A stretch of DNA of 64,000 nucleotides from Candidatus Acidiferrales bacterium (GTDB lineage: Bacteria > Chloroflexota > Dormibacteria > Aeolococcales > Bog-877): contig DATLTJ010000053.1 in assembly GCA_035533655.1 (NCBI GenBank), positions 6,668-70,667 on the forward strand, given 5' to 3'. Of the stretch, positions 9,953 to 19,747 are shown in pieces (position 1 is the first letter of the stretch; each line of letters begins with the position of its first letter). The notes under the pieces were generated by a model that had not been told where the DNA came from, ran no database searches, and was given only the letters and a program-made list of their open reading frames with translations. The translations under genes were made by a program, and so were the position numbers.

Positions 9953-9970
9953 CTTAGGTCCTCGGACCGG

Positions 9971-11440
9971 TTAGCGAGCAACCAGCTCGTTGAGGTCCTG
10001 GAGCTGGGCGGTGATCCAGCGCACGATGTCATGCTTGCGGACAGTCTGGCGCAGGTGCCGGGCTCTGGTCGAGCGGTCCCGCTTGGGCATAGTCAAAGCC
10101 GAGTGGAGCGCCTCAGCAGTCTGGTCGATGTCAAAGGGATTGATCGTGAGCGCCTCGGTGCCCAGCTCCTCGTAGCTGCCGGCATTCTCGCTTAGGACCA
10201 GCACCCCGTCCATGGTGTTGCAGAGCACCCCCTCCTTAGCCACCAGGTTCATCCCGTCGTAGATGGGGTTCACCAGGAGGGCGTCGTAGGACTTGTAGGC
10301 GGCGACCGCCTTGAAGAGGTTCTCCTCCACCTCGAGCCGGATCGGCATCCAGGTTCCGGTCTGGAAGCGACGGTTGACGTGAGCTGCCGCGCTCACCAGA
10401 GCCCCTAGATATGAGCGATAGGCGTCCACGCTCTGGCGGCTGCGCTGGAGCAAGGCCCAGAAGACGACCCGGCTCCGCAGCTCCGGGTGGCTCTCCAGAA
10501 GTCTCTCGTAGGCGAGGAAGCCGCGGACGATGTTCTTGCTCAAGTCGGTGCGGTCCACCCGGAGGATCAGAAACTCGGGGCGCCAAGAGGCGATCAGCTC
10601 CTCCTGGCGCAGGACCTCCTCGTGGTTGGTGAGGTCGGCCATCGCCCGCACGTCGATCGAGATCGGATAGGCCCGGATCCAGACGCTGCGCCCCTCGAAG
10701 AACACCGTCGACTGGCGATGGTCCACGGCCAGCCCCAGGTTCTCCTCGCAAGTGAGCAGGAAGTTGCGCACGTCCAGGGAGGTCTGGAGCCCGACCACGT
10801 CGCTGCCCAACAGGCCGGTCAGGATGCCGTCCCGCATGTGCCGAGGCAACACCTTCCAGTACTGAGGGGTCGGCCACGGGATGTGGATGAAGTGCTGCAG
10901 ATGGGCCTGGGGGAGGCGCTTGCGGACCATTCCGGGCAGCAGGTAGAGGTGGTAGTCCTGGCTCAAGATGAGCGGCCGATCGGTCGCCTTTTCCGCCAGC
11001 GAGACCACCCGGTCGGCGAACTCGGCATTGACCTTGACGTACCCGTCGCGCCAGGCCCGCTCGGTGCGCGAGTCGAGGATCGGCTCCCGACCGAGATCCC
11101 ACAGGTAGTGCTGGATGAACCAGAGCAAGGGGTTGCTGATCTCGTTGTAGTAGAGGTCGTAAGCCTCCTGCTCGGGGTGGATGTAGGCGATCTGGAATTT
11201 GCTGCCGTCATCAGAGGTGACGTGGACCACCCCCTCCTCGTCAGCCCGACTGGCCAGCCGGTCGTCGGACTCTCCCCGGGCAACCGCCACCCAGGGGGCG
11301 TTGCTGGCCTGGGCCAGCGCGGACATGGCGGTGACCAGTCCGCCGCCCCCTCGGGTGATCCGCTCCGCGCCCCCGGGGCCGAGCTGACTTTCGACAGGGG
11401 GACGGTTGGCCACCACGATTGGCTGCCAGCCGTGCAGCAT
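9971..11440 (-). CDS. otsA: alpha,alpha-trehalose-phosphate synthase (GT20)
   Basis: 490 aa from the ATG at 11440 (MLHGWQPIVVANR…). Conserved stretches include NPLLWF, HDYHL-like (QDYHLYLLP), ILRVDRTDLSKN and DGMNLVAKE. Confidence 0.85.
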   Translation of the reverse strand: MLHGWQPIVVANRPPVESQLGPGGAERITRGGGGLVTAMSALAQASNAPWVAVARGESDDRLASRADEEGVVHVTSDDGSKFQIAYIHPEQEAYDLYYNEISNPLLWFIQHYLWDLGREPILDSRTERAWRDGYVKVNAEFADRVVSLAEKATDRPLILSQDYHLYLLPGMVRKRLPQAHLQHFIHIPWPTPQYWKVLPRHMRDGILTGLLGSDVVGLQTSLDVRNFLLTCEENLGLAVDHRQSTVFFEGRSVWIRAYPISIDVRAMADLTNHEEVLRQEELIASWRPEFLILRVDRTDLSKNIVRGFLAYERLLESHPELRSRVVFWALLQRSRQSVDAYRSYLGALVSAAAHVNRRFQTGTWMPIRLEVEENLFKAVAAYKSYDALLVNPIYDGMNLVAKEGVLCNTMDGVLVLSENAGSYEELGTEALTINPFDIDQTAEALHSALTMPKRDRSTRARHLRQTVRKHDIVRWITAQLQDLNELVAR

Positions 11441-11545
11441 CCGTCGCAGATACGGTTCGATCCCCGGCACCTGGCTAGGATGACGGACCGTGGGGCGAAT
11501 CGGGATTCTCGCTATTGAGGGGGCGCGAACCGATAAGGTCACTCG

Positions 11546-12679
11546 GTGCGCATTGGGGTCGCCAAGGAACTGGTCTCGGAAGAGCACCGCGTCGCGCTGG
11601 TGCCAGAGTCCGCCGCTCGGCTGATCGCCGTGGGAGCTGAGGTGGTGGTCGAGAAGGGCGCCGGGGAGGCCGCCTTCTTCCCGGACGCGACCTACCAAGA
11701 GGCGGGGGCCTCCATCCTGACCACCCACCGCCAAGTTCTGACCAGCTCGGACCTACTGCTCAAAGTTCGCCCCCCGCTGGGCCGGGGGCAGGGCACCGAT
11801 GAGATCGCCATGTTGCCCAAGGGCTCGGTGCTGGTGGGGATGCTCCAGCCGCTCACCCAGCCGGAGCTGATCGAGCAGCTGGCCAAGCGTGGGGTGACCG
11901 CCTTCAGCCTGGATCGGCTGCCGCGGATCAGCCGCGCGCAGGACATGGACGTGCTCTCGTCAATGAGCACCGTCTCGGGCTATCACGCAGTGCTGATGGC
12001 GGCCGAGCGCCTGCCCCGCTTCTTTCCCCTCCTGATGACCGCCGCTGGCACCGTCACGCCGGCGCGGGTGCTGGTGCTGGGGGCCGGGGTCACCGGGCTG
12101 CAGGCGATCGCCACCGCGAGGCGGCTTGGTGGGGTGGTGCGCGCCTTCGACGTCCGCCCCCAGGTCAAAGAGCAGGTGGAGAGCCTAGGGGCCCAGTTCG
12201 TCGACGTCGGCGAGCCAGAGGCGGCTGCTGAAGGCCAGGGGGGGTACGCCGCTGAGGTGTCGGCCGCCACCCAGAAGCTCCAGCAAGAGGCTCTCGCCCG
12301 CGAAGTCGCGGAGGCTGACGTCGTTATCTCCACGGCGCTGGTGCCCGGGAGACGGGCCCCGGTGCTGGTCTCCAAGGCGGCGGTCGCCAAGATGCGCCCC
12401 GGCTCAGTCGTGATCGACCTGGCGGCGGAGGCTGGCGGCAACTGTGAGCTGACCGAGCCCGGGAAGGAGATCCAGAAGGGCGGCGTGTGGATTCTGGGGC
12501 CGCTTGACCTGCCCTCCCGAATGGCGTACCACGCCAGCCAGCTCTACTCCCGCAACCTCACCCGTTTCGCGCTCTCCCTGATCAAGGACGGCCAGCTCCA
12601 GCTGAACTTCGACGACGAGGTGGTCTCGGCCACCTGCGTCGCCCACGACGGCCAGGTCATGGCGGGGGCTCGCTCGTGA
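11546..12679 (+). CDS. pntAA: NAD(P) transhydrogenase subunit alpha part 1
   Basis: AlaDH/PNT fold with Rossmann motif VLVLGAGVTGLQA. GTG start. Confidence 0.85.
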   Translation: MRIGVAKELVSEEHRVALVPESAARLIAVGAEVVVEKGAGEAAFFPDATYQEAGASILTTHRQVLTSSDLLLKVRPPLGRGQGTDEIAMLPKGSVLVGMLQPLTQPELIEQLAKRGVTAFSLDRLPRISRAQDMDVLSSMSTVSGYHAVLMAAERLPRFFPLLMTAAGTVTPARVLVLGAGVTGLQAIATARRLGGVVRAFDVRPQVKEQVESLGAQFVDVGEPEAAAEGQGGYAAEVSAATQKLQQEALAREVAEADVVISTALVPGRRAPVLVSKAAVAKMRPGSVVIDLAAEAGGNCELTEPGKEIQKGGVWILGPLDLPSRMAYHASQLYSRNLTRFALSLIKDGQLQLNFDDEVVSATCVAHDGQVMAGARS

Positions 12680-12993
12680 ACGCCTTCGGCGGCACTTTGC
12701 TGATCGGGGTGTTCATCTTCGTGCTGGCGGTCTTCATCGGCTTCGAGCTGATCTCGAAGGTCCCGGCCACCCTGCACACCCCGCTCATGTCCGGCACCAA
12801 CGCCATCCATGGCATCGTGCTGGTGGGCGCCCTGGCGATCGCTGCCGGAGCACATGGCACCTTGGGCACGGTGATCGCCTTCCTGGCAGTGCTGCTCGGC
12901 ACCATCAACGTGGTCGGCGGTTTCGTGGTCACCGACCGGATGCTTCAGCTGTTCAAGCGGCGCCCAGCGCCTGAGCGGCCGGCCCCCAAGTGA
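12676..12993 (+). CDS. pntAB: NAD(P) transhydrogenase subunit alpha part 2
   Basis: 105-aa membrane protein (HTPLMSGTNAIHGIV). It has 4-nt overlaps with both neighbours. Confidence 0.85.
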   Translation: MNAFGGTLLIGVFIFVLAVFIGFELISKVPATLHTPLMSGTNAIHGIVLVGALAIAAGAHGTLGTVIAFLAVLLGTINVVGGFVVTDRMLQLFKRRPAPERPAPK

Positions 12994-14411
12994 TCCACTA
13001 CCCGCAGCTGGTCGCCCTCGGCTACCTGGTCACAGTGGTGCTTTTTGTATTCGGAATCAGGCTTCTGGGGTCTCCCGCAACGGCCCGAAATGGTAACCGG
13101 CTGGCCGCCGTCGGCATGCTCGTCGCGCTGGTCGTCACCTTCGTCGGGCTGGGGACGCTGCCCTGGTTCGCTGTGCTACCGGCGTTGGTGTTGGGTGCGG
13201 TGATCGGCGCGGTGGCCGCCCGGGCAGTCCGGATGACCGCCATGCCCCAGATGGTCGCGCTCTTCAACGGTATGGGGGGTGGCGCCGCCGCCCTGATCGG
13301 GGCGGATGAGTTCGTGCGCCGCACCGCTCATCTGGCCGCCGGCACCTCGACGATCTCGCCCAGTAACTCGGTCCCGATCATGCTGGGCTGCCTGATCGGC
13401 TCGATCAGCTTCTCCGGCAGCCTGATCGCGTTTTGCAAGTTGCAGGGGATCTTGCGGGGTAGCCCGATCACCTTCCCCAACCAACGCGTCGCCAACGGGG
13501 CGCTGCTGGCGGTGATCGTGGCGCTGGGGGTGGTGCTGATCGCCTTCGACGCCTCCCCGTGGCTCTTCTTGCTGTTTGAGGCGCTTGCCTTGACCTTCGG
13601 GGTCGCCTTCGTCCTGCCGATCGGGGGCGCCGACATGCCGGTGATCATCTCTTTGCTTAACTCCTTCACCGGCCTAGCCGCCGCGATCACCGGGTTCGTC
13701 CTCGCCAACGAGGTCCTGATCGTCGCGGGCGCCCTGGTGGGGGCCTCGGGCACCATCCTCACCCGGCTCATGAGCCGGGCCATGAACCGGTCGCTGGCCA
13801 ACGTCCTGTTCAGCGCCTTCGGCAGTCAGGTGAGCCGGGCGGGCGACGTCGGTCCCACCGCCGACCAGCAGATCCACAGCGTCACCGCCGAGGATGTGGC
13901 CCTTCTGCTGGGCTACGCCCGCCAGGTGATCTTCGTGCCCGGTTACGGCATGGCGGTGGCCAAGGCTCAGCACGATGTCCGAGAGCTGGCGACGCAGCTG
14001 GAGAAGCGGGGCGTCACCGTCAAGTACGCGATCCACCCGGTGGCCGGCCGGATGCCGGGGCACATGAACGTGCTGCTGGCGGAGGCGGACGTCCCCTACA
14101 CCCAGCTCTACGAGATGGACGACATCAATCCGGACTTCGCGAGATCCGATGTGGCGGTGGTGATCGGGGCCAACGACGTGACTAACCCGGCCGCCCGCAG
14201 CAATCCCGCCAGCCCGATCTACGGGATGCCGATTCTCAACGTCGACCAGGCCACCAACGTGGTGGTGCTGAAGCGGAGCATGAATCCCGGGTTCGCCGGG
14301 ATCGAGAACGACCTCTACTACAACCCCAAGACCCTGATGCTGTTCGGGGACGCCCGGGATTCGGTGATTCACCTGGTGGCCGCCCTCAAAGAGCTGGTCC
14401 CGGCGACCTGA
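12990..14411 (+). CDS. pntB: NAD(P) transhydrogenase subunit beta
   Basis: 473 aa with an N-terminal TM bundle. The C-terminal dIII domain carries PGYGMAVAKAQH and HPVAGRMPGHMNVLLAEA. Confidence 0.9.
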   Translation: MIHYPQLVALGYLVTVVLFVFGIRLLGSPATARNGNRLAAVGMLVALVVTFVGLGTLPWFAVLPALVLGAVIGAVAARAVRMTAMPQMVALFNGMGGGAAALIGADEFVRRTAHLAAGTSTISPSNSVPIMLGCLIGSISFSGSLIAFCKLQGILRGSPITFPNQRVANGALLAVIVALGVVLIAFDASPWLFLLFEALALTFGVAFVLPIGGADMPVIISLLNSFTGLAAAITGFVLANEVLIVAGALVGASGTILTRLMSRAMNRSLANVLFSAFGSQVSRAGDVGPTADQQIHSVTAEDVALLLGYARQVIFVPGYGMAVAKAQHDVRELATQLEKRGVTVKYAIHPVAGRMPGHMNVLLAEADVPYTQLYEMDDINPDFARSDVAVVIGANDVTNPAARSNPASPIYGMPILNVDQATNVVVLKRSMNPGFAGIENDLYYNPKTLMLFGDARDSVIHLVAALKELVPAT

Positions 14412-14436
14412 TCCAGACCCCCGCCGTCGAACCCGG

Positions 14437-15462
14437 TCAGCTGCTAGTTGAGGGACTCGGTGAGGGCGAGGCGGTGCTGAATCGCAGGGGCACACAGCCG
14501 TCGGGGGGAACAGCACAGGTCACGAACTGGCTGACATTGGCGTTCCCCGACACCTGGAAGACAAATACGGGAACCGCGGTCCCGTAGCTGACCACTACCG
14601 CCCGGGACTCGGAGCTGATGGTGGTCAGCCCCGACGGGGCTGGCGACGGAGAGGGGAAGGGCTGACCAGCGAGCGAGAGCAAGTAGGCGTCCGGCTTGAT
14701 CGTTCCCGAGTTGAGGTACTGGACCGCCTGAGCCGGCTCCATGGCGGGATAGATGACCGGGTTCCCGATCTCCCCGTAAGGGACGGCGCCGGTGATGCCC
14801 ACCAGCTGGGTGACCTGGTTCTGGTCGGTGGCCACGTTCACGAAGATCTCCTGCGGCTGACCCAGGATGTTGACCACTGGCAGCCCCTCCAGGGACCACT
14901 GAAAGTAGACGGTGCGGTCGGAGGCGGCGGTGAAGCTCAGCTGGGGAAGGGGGATAAGGCCGCCACCGGCTGGCACATGGGCGGCGCTGAGAAAGCTCTC
15001 GGCGAACTGGTCGGCCCCGGCGAGGGTGGGAGTGGTCCCCACCTCGTCGGTCGGGGCATTGGGATGGAAGTTGAAGGTGCTGAGCGTGGGGTCGGTAGTC
15101 AGCTGGTAACCGTTGGTTGAGCCCAGGTTGTAGCCCAGGCCGGTGGCCGTGCTGATCGGGGGCCCGGGCACGCCGAGCGCCAGCGTAAGGGCGGTCAGCG
15201 CCGCGGTGGCGGTGTTCGGCACGGTCGCGGAAGGCAAGCTCCCCGAGCCACTTCCCAGGTTGCCCGAGACGGCGTAGGGGCCGGAGACCAAAAGAGGGCC
15301 GGCGGTCTCTCCGCCCAGCCCCAAAAGTCCGGGCAGGGCGGCCGTCGGGCTGGCCGAGGGCGAGGCAACCGGATGGGGGGTAGGGGTGTCGCATCCCGCT
15401 CCCAGGAGGGTCAGGATGGTGAGAGCGGCCATTGGCAGGAGATGGCGCTGAGGAGCTTTCAC
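14437..15462 (-). CDS. hypothetical secreted protein, possible lipoprotein
   Basis: Signal-like N-terminus VKAPQRHLLPMAALTILTLLGAGC with a Ser/Pro-rich tail. The longer ORF (to 16176) is antisense to folC and was rejected. The start could be 15462 (GTG) or 15432 (ATG). Confidence 0.55.
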   Translation of the reverse strand: MKAPQRHLLPMAALTILTLLGAGCDTPTPHPVASPSASPTAALPGLLGLGGETAGPLLVSGPYAVSGNLGSGSGSLPSATVPNTATAALTALTLALGVPGPPISTATGLGYNLGSTNGYQLTTDPTLSTFNFHPNAPTDEVGTTPTLAGADQFAESFLSAAHVPAGGGLIPLPQLSFTAASDRTVYFQWSLEGLPVVNILGQPQEIFVNVATDQNQVTQLVGITGAVPYGEIGNPVIYPAMEPAQAVQYLNSGTIKPDAYLLSLAGQPFPSPSPAPSGLTTISSESRAVVVSYGTAVPVFVFQVSGNANVSQFVTCAVPPDGCVPLRFSTASPSPSPSTSS

Positions 15463-15600
15463 CCGTGCAGAATGCCATGAGTGCGGTACCCGGACTGTTC
15501 GCGGACATGACGACAGCGGGTTGCGGAGTGCGGCCAAAGTTGCGACGCGTTCTCTATCCCAGAACAGGCGCAGAGTGGGAGCCACCAGCGCCGGAACCGA

Positions 15601-16986
15601 GTGATTTCTCGCCCCAGGGCCGGTAAGGCGGTCGCTGTGGAGCGGTCGCCGGGTCCGGATCCCTTGGGCTCTGACCCGTATCGGGAGGCCCTGCTGCGTC
15701 TGGTCGGAGCCAGCTCGCCGGGGATGCGGCTGGGGCTGGACTCCACCCGCCGGCTGCTGGAGTTGCTGGGAGATCCGCAGCTCGGCCTCAGGGGAGTCTT
15801 GGTGGCCGGCACCAACGGCAAGGGTTCTGTCTGCGCGATCGCCGCCGAGATCGCCGAGCGGGCCGGGATCCGGGTGGCCCTGCTCACCAAGCCCCACCTC
15901 ACCAGCTACCGAGAGCGGATTCGTTTGAACGGAGCCCCGATCGATGAGCCATTCTTCGGAGAGATCGCGGATGCGGTCAGCGCCGCCGCGGACAAGATGG
16001 CTTCCGGGGGAAGCCGGCCCACCCACCACGAACTGCTCACAGCCATGGGGTTCCTGGCCGCCCGCCGCTGGTCCGCCGCGCTGGTGGTCTGCGAGGTCGG
16101 ACTGGGCGGTCGGCTCGACGCGACCAACGTCTGGGATGGCGGGGTCGCGGCGGTGACATCCGTCGCCCTGGACCATCAGGCCCAGCTGGGCAAGACGGTC
16201 CCCGAGATTGCCGGCGAGAAGGCGGCGATCATCAAGCTCGGCAACCGGGTGGTCTCCGGGGCGCCCGACGCCGCACGGCCGGCGGTGGAGGCGGCGACTT
16301 CGGCCGCCTCCGGGAGGCTCTGGCAGTTGGGGCGGGAGATCACCCTGGATTTCGCGCCGGACCAGGGCGGGTCGTTCGCCGTCACCACCCCGGCAGCGGT
16401 GCGCACGCAGCTAAAGCTGGGCCTCGACGGTTCGTTCCAGGTGGAGAACGCGGCTCTCGCGGTCGCGATCGTGGACTGCCTGACCGAGACGGGATTCCGC
16501 TTCCCCGAACAAGCCATTCGAGATGGCCTCGCCCAGGTCAGGTGGCCGGGCCGGTTGGAGACCATCGGCTCGGCGCCGGAGGTGCTGATCGACGCCGCCC
16601 ATAATCCGGCGGCTGTGGCAGCCGCGCTTCCGGAGATCCGCCGGCGCCTGGCAGAGCGGCCAGGCGTCCTGCTCTTCGGAGCCATGGCGGACCACCAATA
16701 TCAGGGCATGCTCCGACTGCTCGGTCGGGTGCGTTTCAAGTCGGCGGTGTTCACGCGGTCGCTTTCAGCCCGGGCCGCCCCAGCGTCCGCCATGGCGGCC
16801 TCGTGGCGAGAGGCATCCGAGGTGGTTGAGCCGGTTGCCCTGGCGCTGGACCGCGCCCAGACGCTGGCCGGTCCACGAGGCCTGGTGGTGGCGCTCGGCT
16901 CGATCTACGTGATTGGCGAGGTGATGTCGGCGCTCGGCATCGGGGTTCCCCCGGATCCGGAGATTCCCTTCCCACCGCTCTGGTGA
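15601..16986 (+). CDS. folC: folylpolyglutamate synthase / dihydrofolate synthase
   Basis: P-loop VAGTNGKGS and Mur-ligase-family architecture. Confidence 0.85.
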   Translation: MISRPRAGKAVAVERSPGPDPLGSDPYREALLRLVGASSPGMRLGLDSTRRLLELLGDPQLGLRGVLVAGTNGKGSVCAIAAEIAERAGIRVALLTKPHLTSYRERIRLNGAPIDEPFFGEIADAVSAAADKMASGGSRPTHHELLTAMGFLAARRWSAALVVCEVGLGGRLDATNVWDGGVAAVTSVALDHQAQLGKTVPEIAGEKAAIIKLGNRVVSGAPDAARPAVEAATSAASGRLWQLGREITLDFAPDQGGSFAVTTPAAVRTQLKLGLDGSFQVENAALAVAIVDCLTETGFRFPEQAIRDGLAQVRWPGRLETIGSAPEVLIDAAHNPAAVAAALPEIRRRLAERPGVLLFGAMADHQYQGMLRLLGRVRFKSAVFTRSLSARAAPASAMAASWREASEVVEPVALALDRAQTLAGPRGLVVALGSIYVIGEVMSALGIGVPPDPEIPFPPLW

Positions 16987-18170
16987 GCCGAGAACCGGTT
17001 GGGATTGAACTCACCGATCGGCTGAGCGGTTTCTCCGCTCTCGACCAGGTCGGCCAGAACCTCACCCACCACCGGGCAGAATTTGAAGCCGTGTCCCGAG
17101 AACCCGCCGGCCAGAGAAACCAACGAGGAGTTCGGATGAAGCCCGATGACAAAGTGCTTGTCCGCACTGTTCGTGTACAGGCAGCTGCTGCTCTTCGCGA
17201 GTGGCGCCTGAGCGAGCATCGGCACAGTGTCTGCCAACCCCTCTCGGACGGCGTAGACATCTGCCTCCGTCACCTCCCGCCGGACAGTGTCGGCGGTGGT
17301 GAACTCGCCTCCATGGTGCCGGGCCGCCTTTGCGGTTCGGCCGTCCCTGGTCGGAACGCCGTAGTACTGAGCGCCATCGGGTCGTTCGAAGAGATAGATG
17401 GGGCAGGAGGGAGGAGTGAAGGGACCTATGTCAGTAGGCTCGAACCAGACCATCACCTGGCGCTCGACCTGCAGTTCCAGCACCGGCAGATTCCACAAAC
17501 CAGCGCTCCCGGCGCCCGCGGTCAGCACGAGCCGGTCCGCTTGGTACGGGCGGGAATCGGTGCGGACCACCACCCCCGACTCCGAGGCTTCCCAGCTCAG
17601 GACCCTCTCTCCAAAGTGGAGCTCAGCGCCCCGACTGGCCGCTTGGCGAAGGTGGGCCAGCACCGCCGACTCGGGTGCGAGAACCCCAGCCTCCGGTTCC
17701 ACCAGACCTGCTTGGTCGGGCCGCGGACGAAGGGCTGGGAACTCCCTGGCTACTTCGGCTGTCGTCAGGAGGCGATGGGGGATATCCCATTTCCGGGCGC
17801 TCGCCAGAGAGCCGGCCACGACCGGCCCGTCGGGTGCTCCGATCATGACCCCCCCGGTCGTCTCCAGCAAACGTTCTTTAGACAGAGCCTCCAGCTCCCG
17901 CCAGAGCTGGTAGGAACGCAGCACGAGGGGGACGTAACCCGGGCCTTCGAAGTAGGCCTGGCGGATGATCCTCGACTCTCCGTGGGAGGACCCGCGGTCG
18001 TGGCTGGGACCGAAGGCTTCCAGACCAGTGACGTGCGCTCCGCGGCGCGCCAGATGGAAAGCCGCGGCCGAGCCCATGGCTCCCAGGCCGACGACGACTA
18101 CTCGGAGCGTGTGGTCACACAGTCGCGGTCGGACGGGTCGAGGTCGCGACACCGGCACCTGCCAGAGCAC
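16905..18170 (-). CDS. solA: FAD-dependent N-methyl amino acid oxidase (monomeric sarcosine oxidase / N-methyltryptophan oxidase family)
   Basis: Dinucleotide fold VVVVGLGAMGSAAAFHLARRG, then SHGESRIIR and GFSGHGFKF. Start options are GTG at 18170, 18158 or 18152. The C-terminal tail overlaps the folC end. Confidence 0.8.
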   Translation of the reverse strand: MLWQVPVSRPRPVRPRLCDHTLRVVVVGLGAMGSAAAFHLARRGAHVTGLEAFGPSHDRGSSHGESRIIRQAYFEGPGYVPLVLRSYQLWRELEALSKERLLETTGGVMIGAPDGPVVAGSLASARKWDIPHRLLTTAEVAREFPALRPRPDQAGLVEPEAGVLAPESAVLAHLRQAASRGAELHFGERVLSWEASESGVVVRTDSRPYQADRLVLTAGAGSAGLWNLPVLELQVERQVMVWFEPTDIGPFTPPSCPIYLFERPDGAQYYGVPTRDGRTAKAARHHGGEFTTADTVRREVTEADVYAVREGLADTVPMLAQAPLAKSSSCLYTNSADKHFVIGLHPNSSLVSLAGGFSGHGFKFCPVVGEVLADLVESGETAQPIGEFNPNRFSAHQSGGKGISGSGGTPMPSADITSPIT

Positions 18171-18786
18171 GCTGGCAAAGCTCGGTCAGTCCGTCCCAGT
18201 CCTCCGAAAGCAGCAGCTCAGGCCGGAAGAGGTCGTTGGTTAGTCCGACCACGTCAGCGCCCTCCCGCAAGTACTCTCCGCATTCTTCGACCAGCACTCC
18301 GCCGCTTACCCAGATGGGGGTGTGGGGCATGGGACCCCGGAGCGCTCGGATGTAGGCGGGCCCGCCCGCCGGGGCGGCCGGGAACACCTTGACCAGCTGC
18401 GCCCCCAACTCTTCCGCCCGAGCGATCTCGGTCGGAGTCAGGGCTCCCATCACCAGCGGCACGCCGGCGCGGCCGGCGACCTCCGCGACGGCCGGCACCA
18501 GGTAAGGGGTCACCAGATATTGCGCTCCGGCCTCGATCGCCCGATTGGCGATCTCTGGGTCGGTGATAGTACCCGCGCCGAAGGCGCAGCTGTTTCCCAG
18601 GTCCTGCCGCGCGCGAAGCTCTCTGATCAGCTCGAAGGCCCCCGGCGTTCCGGCGGTGACTTCCACCGAGCCAACCCCGGCCCGGGCGGCCACCAAGGCC
18701 GCTTGGGCGGCCTGCTCGTGATCGTGCCAGCGGATGACCGCGGCCAGCCGGCGCGGGAACAGCGGGGAGAGTTCAGGGTTCATCAT
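18115..18786 (-). CDS. eda: KDPG / 4-hydroxy-2-oxoglutarate aldolase family protein
   Basis: 223 aa with GAGTI, LVKVFPA and Eda-like length. Confidence 0.7.
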   Translation of the reverse strand: MMNPELSPLFPRRLAAVIRWHDHEQAAQAALVAARAGVGSVEVTAGTPGAFELIRELRARQDLGNSCAFGAGTITDPEIANRAIEAGAQYLVTPYLVPAVAEVAGRAGVPLVMGALTPTEIARAEELGAQLVKVFPAAPAGGPAYIRALRGPMPHTPIWVSGGVLVEECGEYLREGADVVGLTNDLFRPELLLSEDWDGLTELCQRALAGAGVATSTRPTATV

Positions 18787-18958
18787 GGCTTGAGTTTAGC
18801 CTGACCCGGCCCCGTCCGGCCCTGCAGCTGGCGTGGCTCCTCGGGCTCGGCCGCCCCGACCGCCTTCGGGACCGCGGCAATGGCGGTCAAGCAGGCCGAT
18901 CTGACCAACCTGGGGCAACGGGACCACGCTCGGAGGGCTCGGGAATGCAAGATTATTT

Positions 18959-18997
18959 GTCGCAGAAAATCCCGCGTTATATTGAGTTATCTGCGAC
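18959..18997. repeat. 8-bp inverted repeat (gtcgcaga … tctgcgac) around an AT-rich 23-nt spacer
   Basis: Read directly. It lies between the stop of the 19017 ORF and the eda start, in the most AT-rich part of this spacer. Confidence 0.6.
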
Positions 18998-19016
18998 GGT
19001 GTCCGGCTAACGCGGA

Positions 19017-19325
19017 CTAACTGAGTCTTGGTCGTTCTAGCCGCCGCCGCGTTCGCTCTCGGTTCGGAGGCAGCAGCTCAGACGAGAGCAGCCAGGCACG
19101 ACTCAATACCAACACCGCGGCCCCGCAGCCAATCACGACGATGATCCCGGTCGCTGGCTCTTGGTTTCCGGCAACTGGAAACGCCGCCAGCAGAGACAGC
19201 ACCACGAGCGCGAACGCCGCCACACCCCACGAAACGCAATGCCAGTAGCGGCGGGATATTTCCGGAAGCAACTGCTCAAGCCGCGCCGCAATGATCGCCA
19301 AGTTGGCGTCATCACCACCCAGCAT
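19017..19325 (-). CDS. hypothetical small membrane protein
   Basis: 102 aa with two hydrophobic segments. It is co-directional with the MMPL gene. Confidence 0.4.
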   Translation of the reverse strand: MLGGDDANLAIIAARLEQLLPEISRRYWHCVSWGVAAFALVVLSLLAAFPVAGNQEPATGIIVVIGCGAAVLVLSRAWLLSSELLPPNRERTRRRLERPRLS

Positions 19326-19354
19326 CGGAGCATCCCTGGGGCCGCTGCGGTCCT

Positions 19355-19735
19355 TCAGTCGGGACCCTGCTGCGACTGCCGGATGATGCTTTCGATGACG
19401 TCGTGACCGGGTGGCCGGTGCGCCGAGCTCCGGCGGGCGGGAGTCTTGCGCCGGTCCTGACGAGAAGTCGTCATATGACCCTCCTGCTTGCGCCAGACCC
19501 GCTCGATGATCACCCTGATCTCCGCGTCGTCCTCAAACGGGATCCCGTGGGCCGCCAGCGACTGCTGGAGCCGTTCGGAGAGGTGGGAGCTCTCGTGCAG
19601 GTTCAACTGCTCCAAAGCCTCCAGGAGGTCATCGAGCCGGCGCAGGATGGACCGACGCTCGATCGTCTCCGTCGATGCCGTGATCATGGGGCGATTATCC
19701 GCGCCCACCGCTCTCGAGGGGAGATCCGTGGTCAC
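19355..19735 (-). CDS. hypothetical protein
   Basis: 126 aa, starting 13 nt downstream of the MMPL stop. No recognisable family. Confidence 0.4.
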   Translation of the reverse strand: MTTDLPSRAVGADNRPMITASTETIERRSILRRLDDLLEALEQLNLHESSHLSERLQQSLAAHGIPFEDDAEIRVIIERVWRKQEGHMTTSRQDRRKTPARRSSAHRPPGHDVIESIIRQSQQGPD

Positions 19736-19747
19736 TGCAGCCCGTGA

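Noticed and set aside
11441-11734. N-terminal extension of the otsA ORF (587-aa form)
   Set aside because: The extension overlaps the divergent pntAA start. The conserved OtsA N-terminus begins at MLHGWQPIVVANR (ATG 11440).
15463-16176. N-terminal extension of ORF 14437..16176
   Set aside because: It is antisense to folC. A signal-peptide start exists at 15462 or 15432.
16983-18392. 469-aa plus-strand ORF
   Set aside because: It is antisense to the solA-like and eda genes, both of which have clear family motifs.
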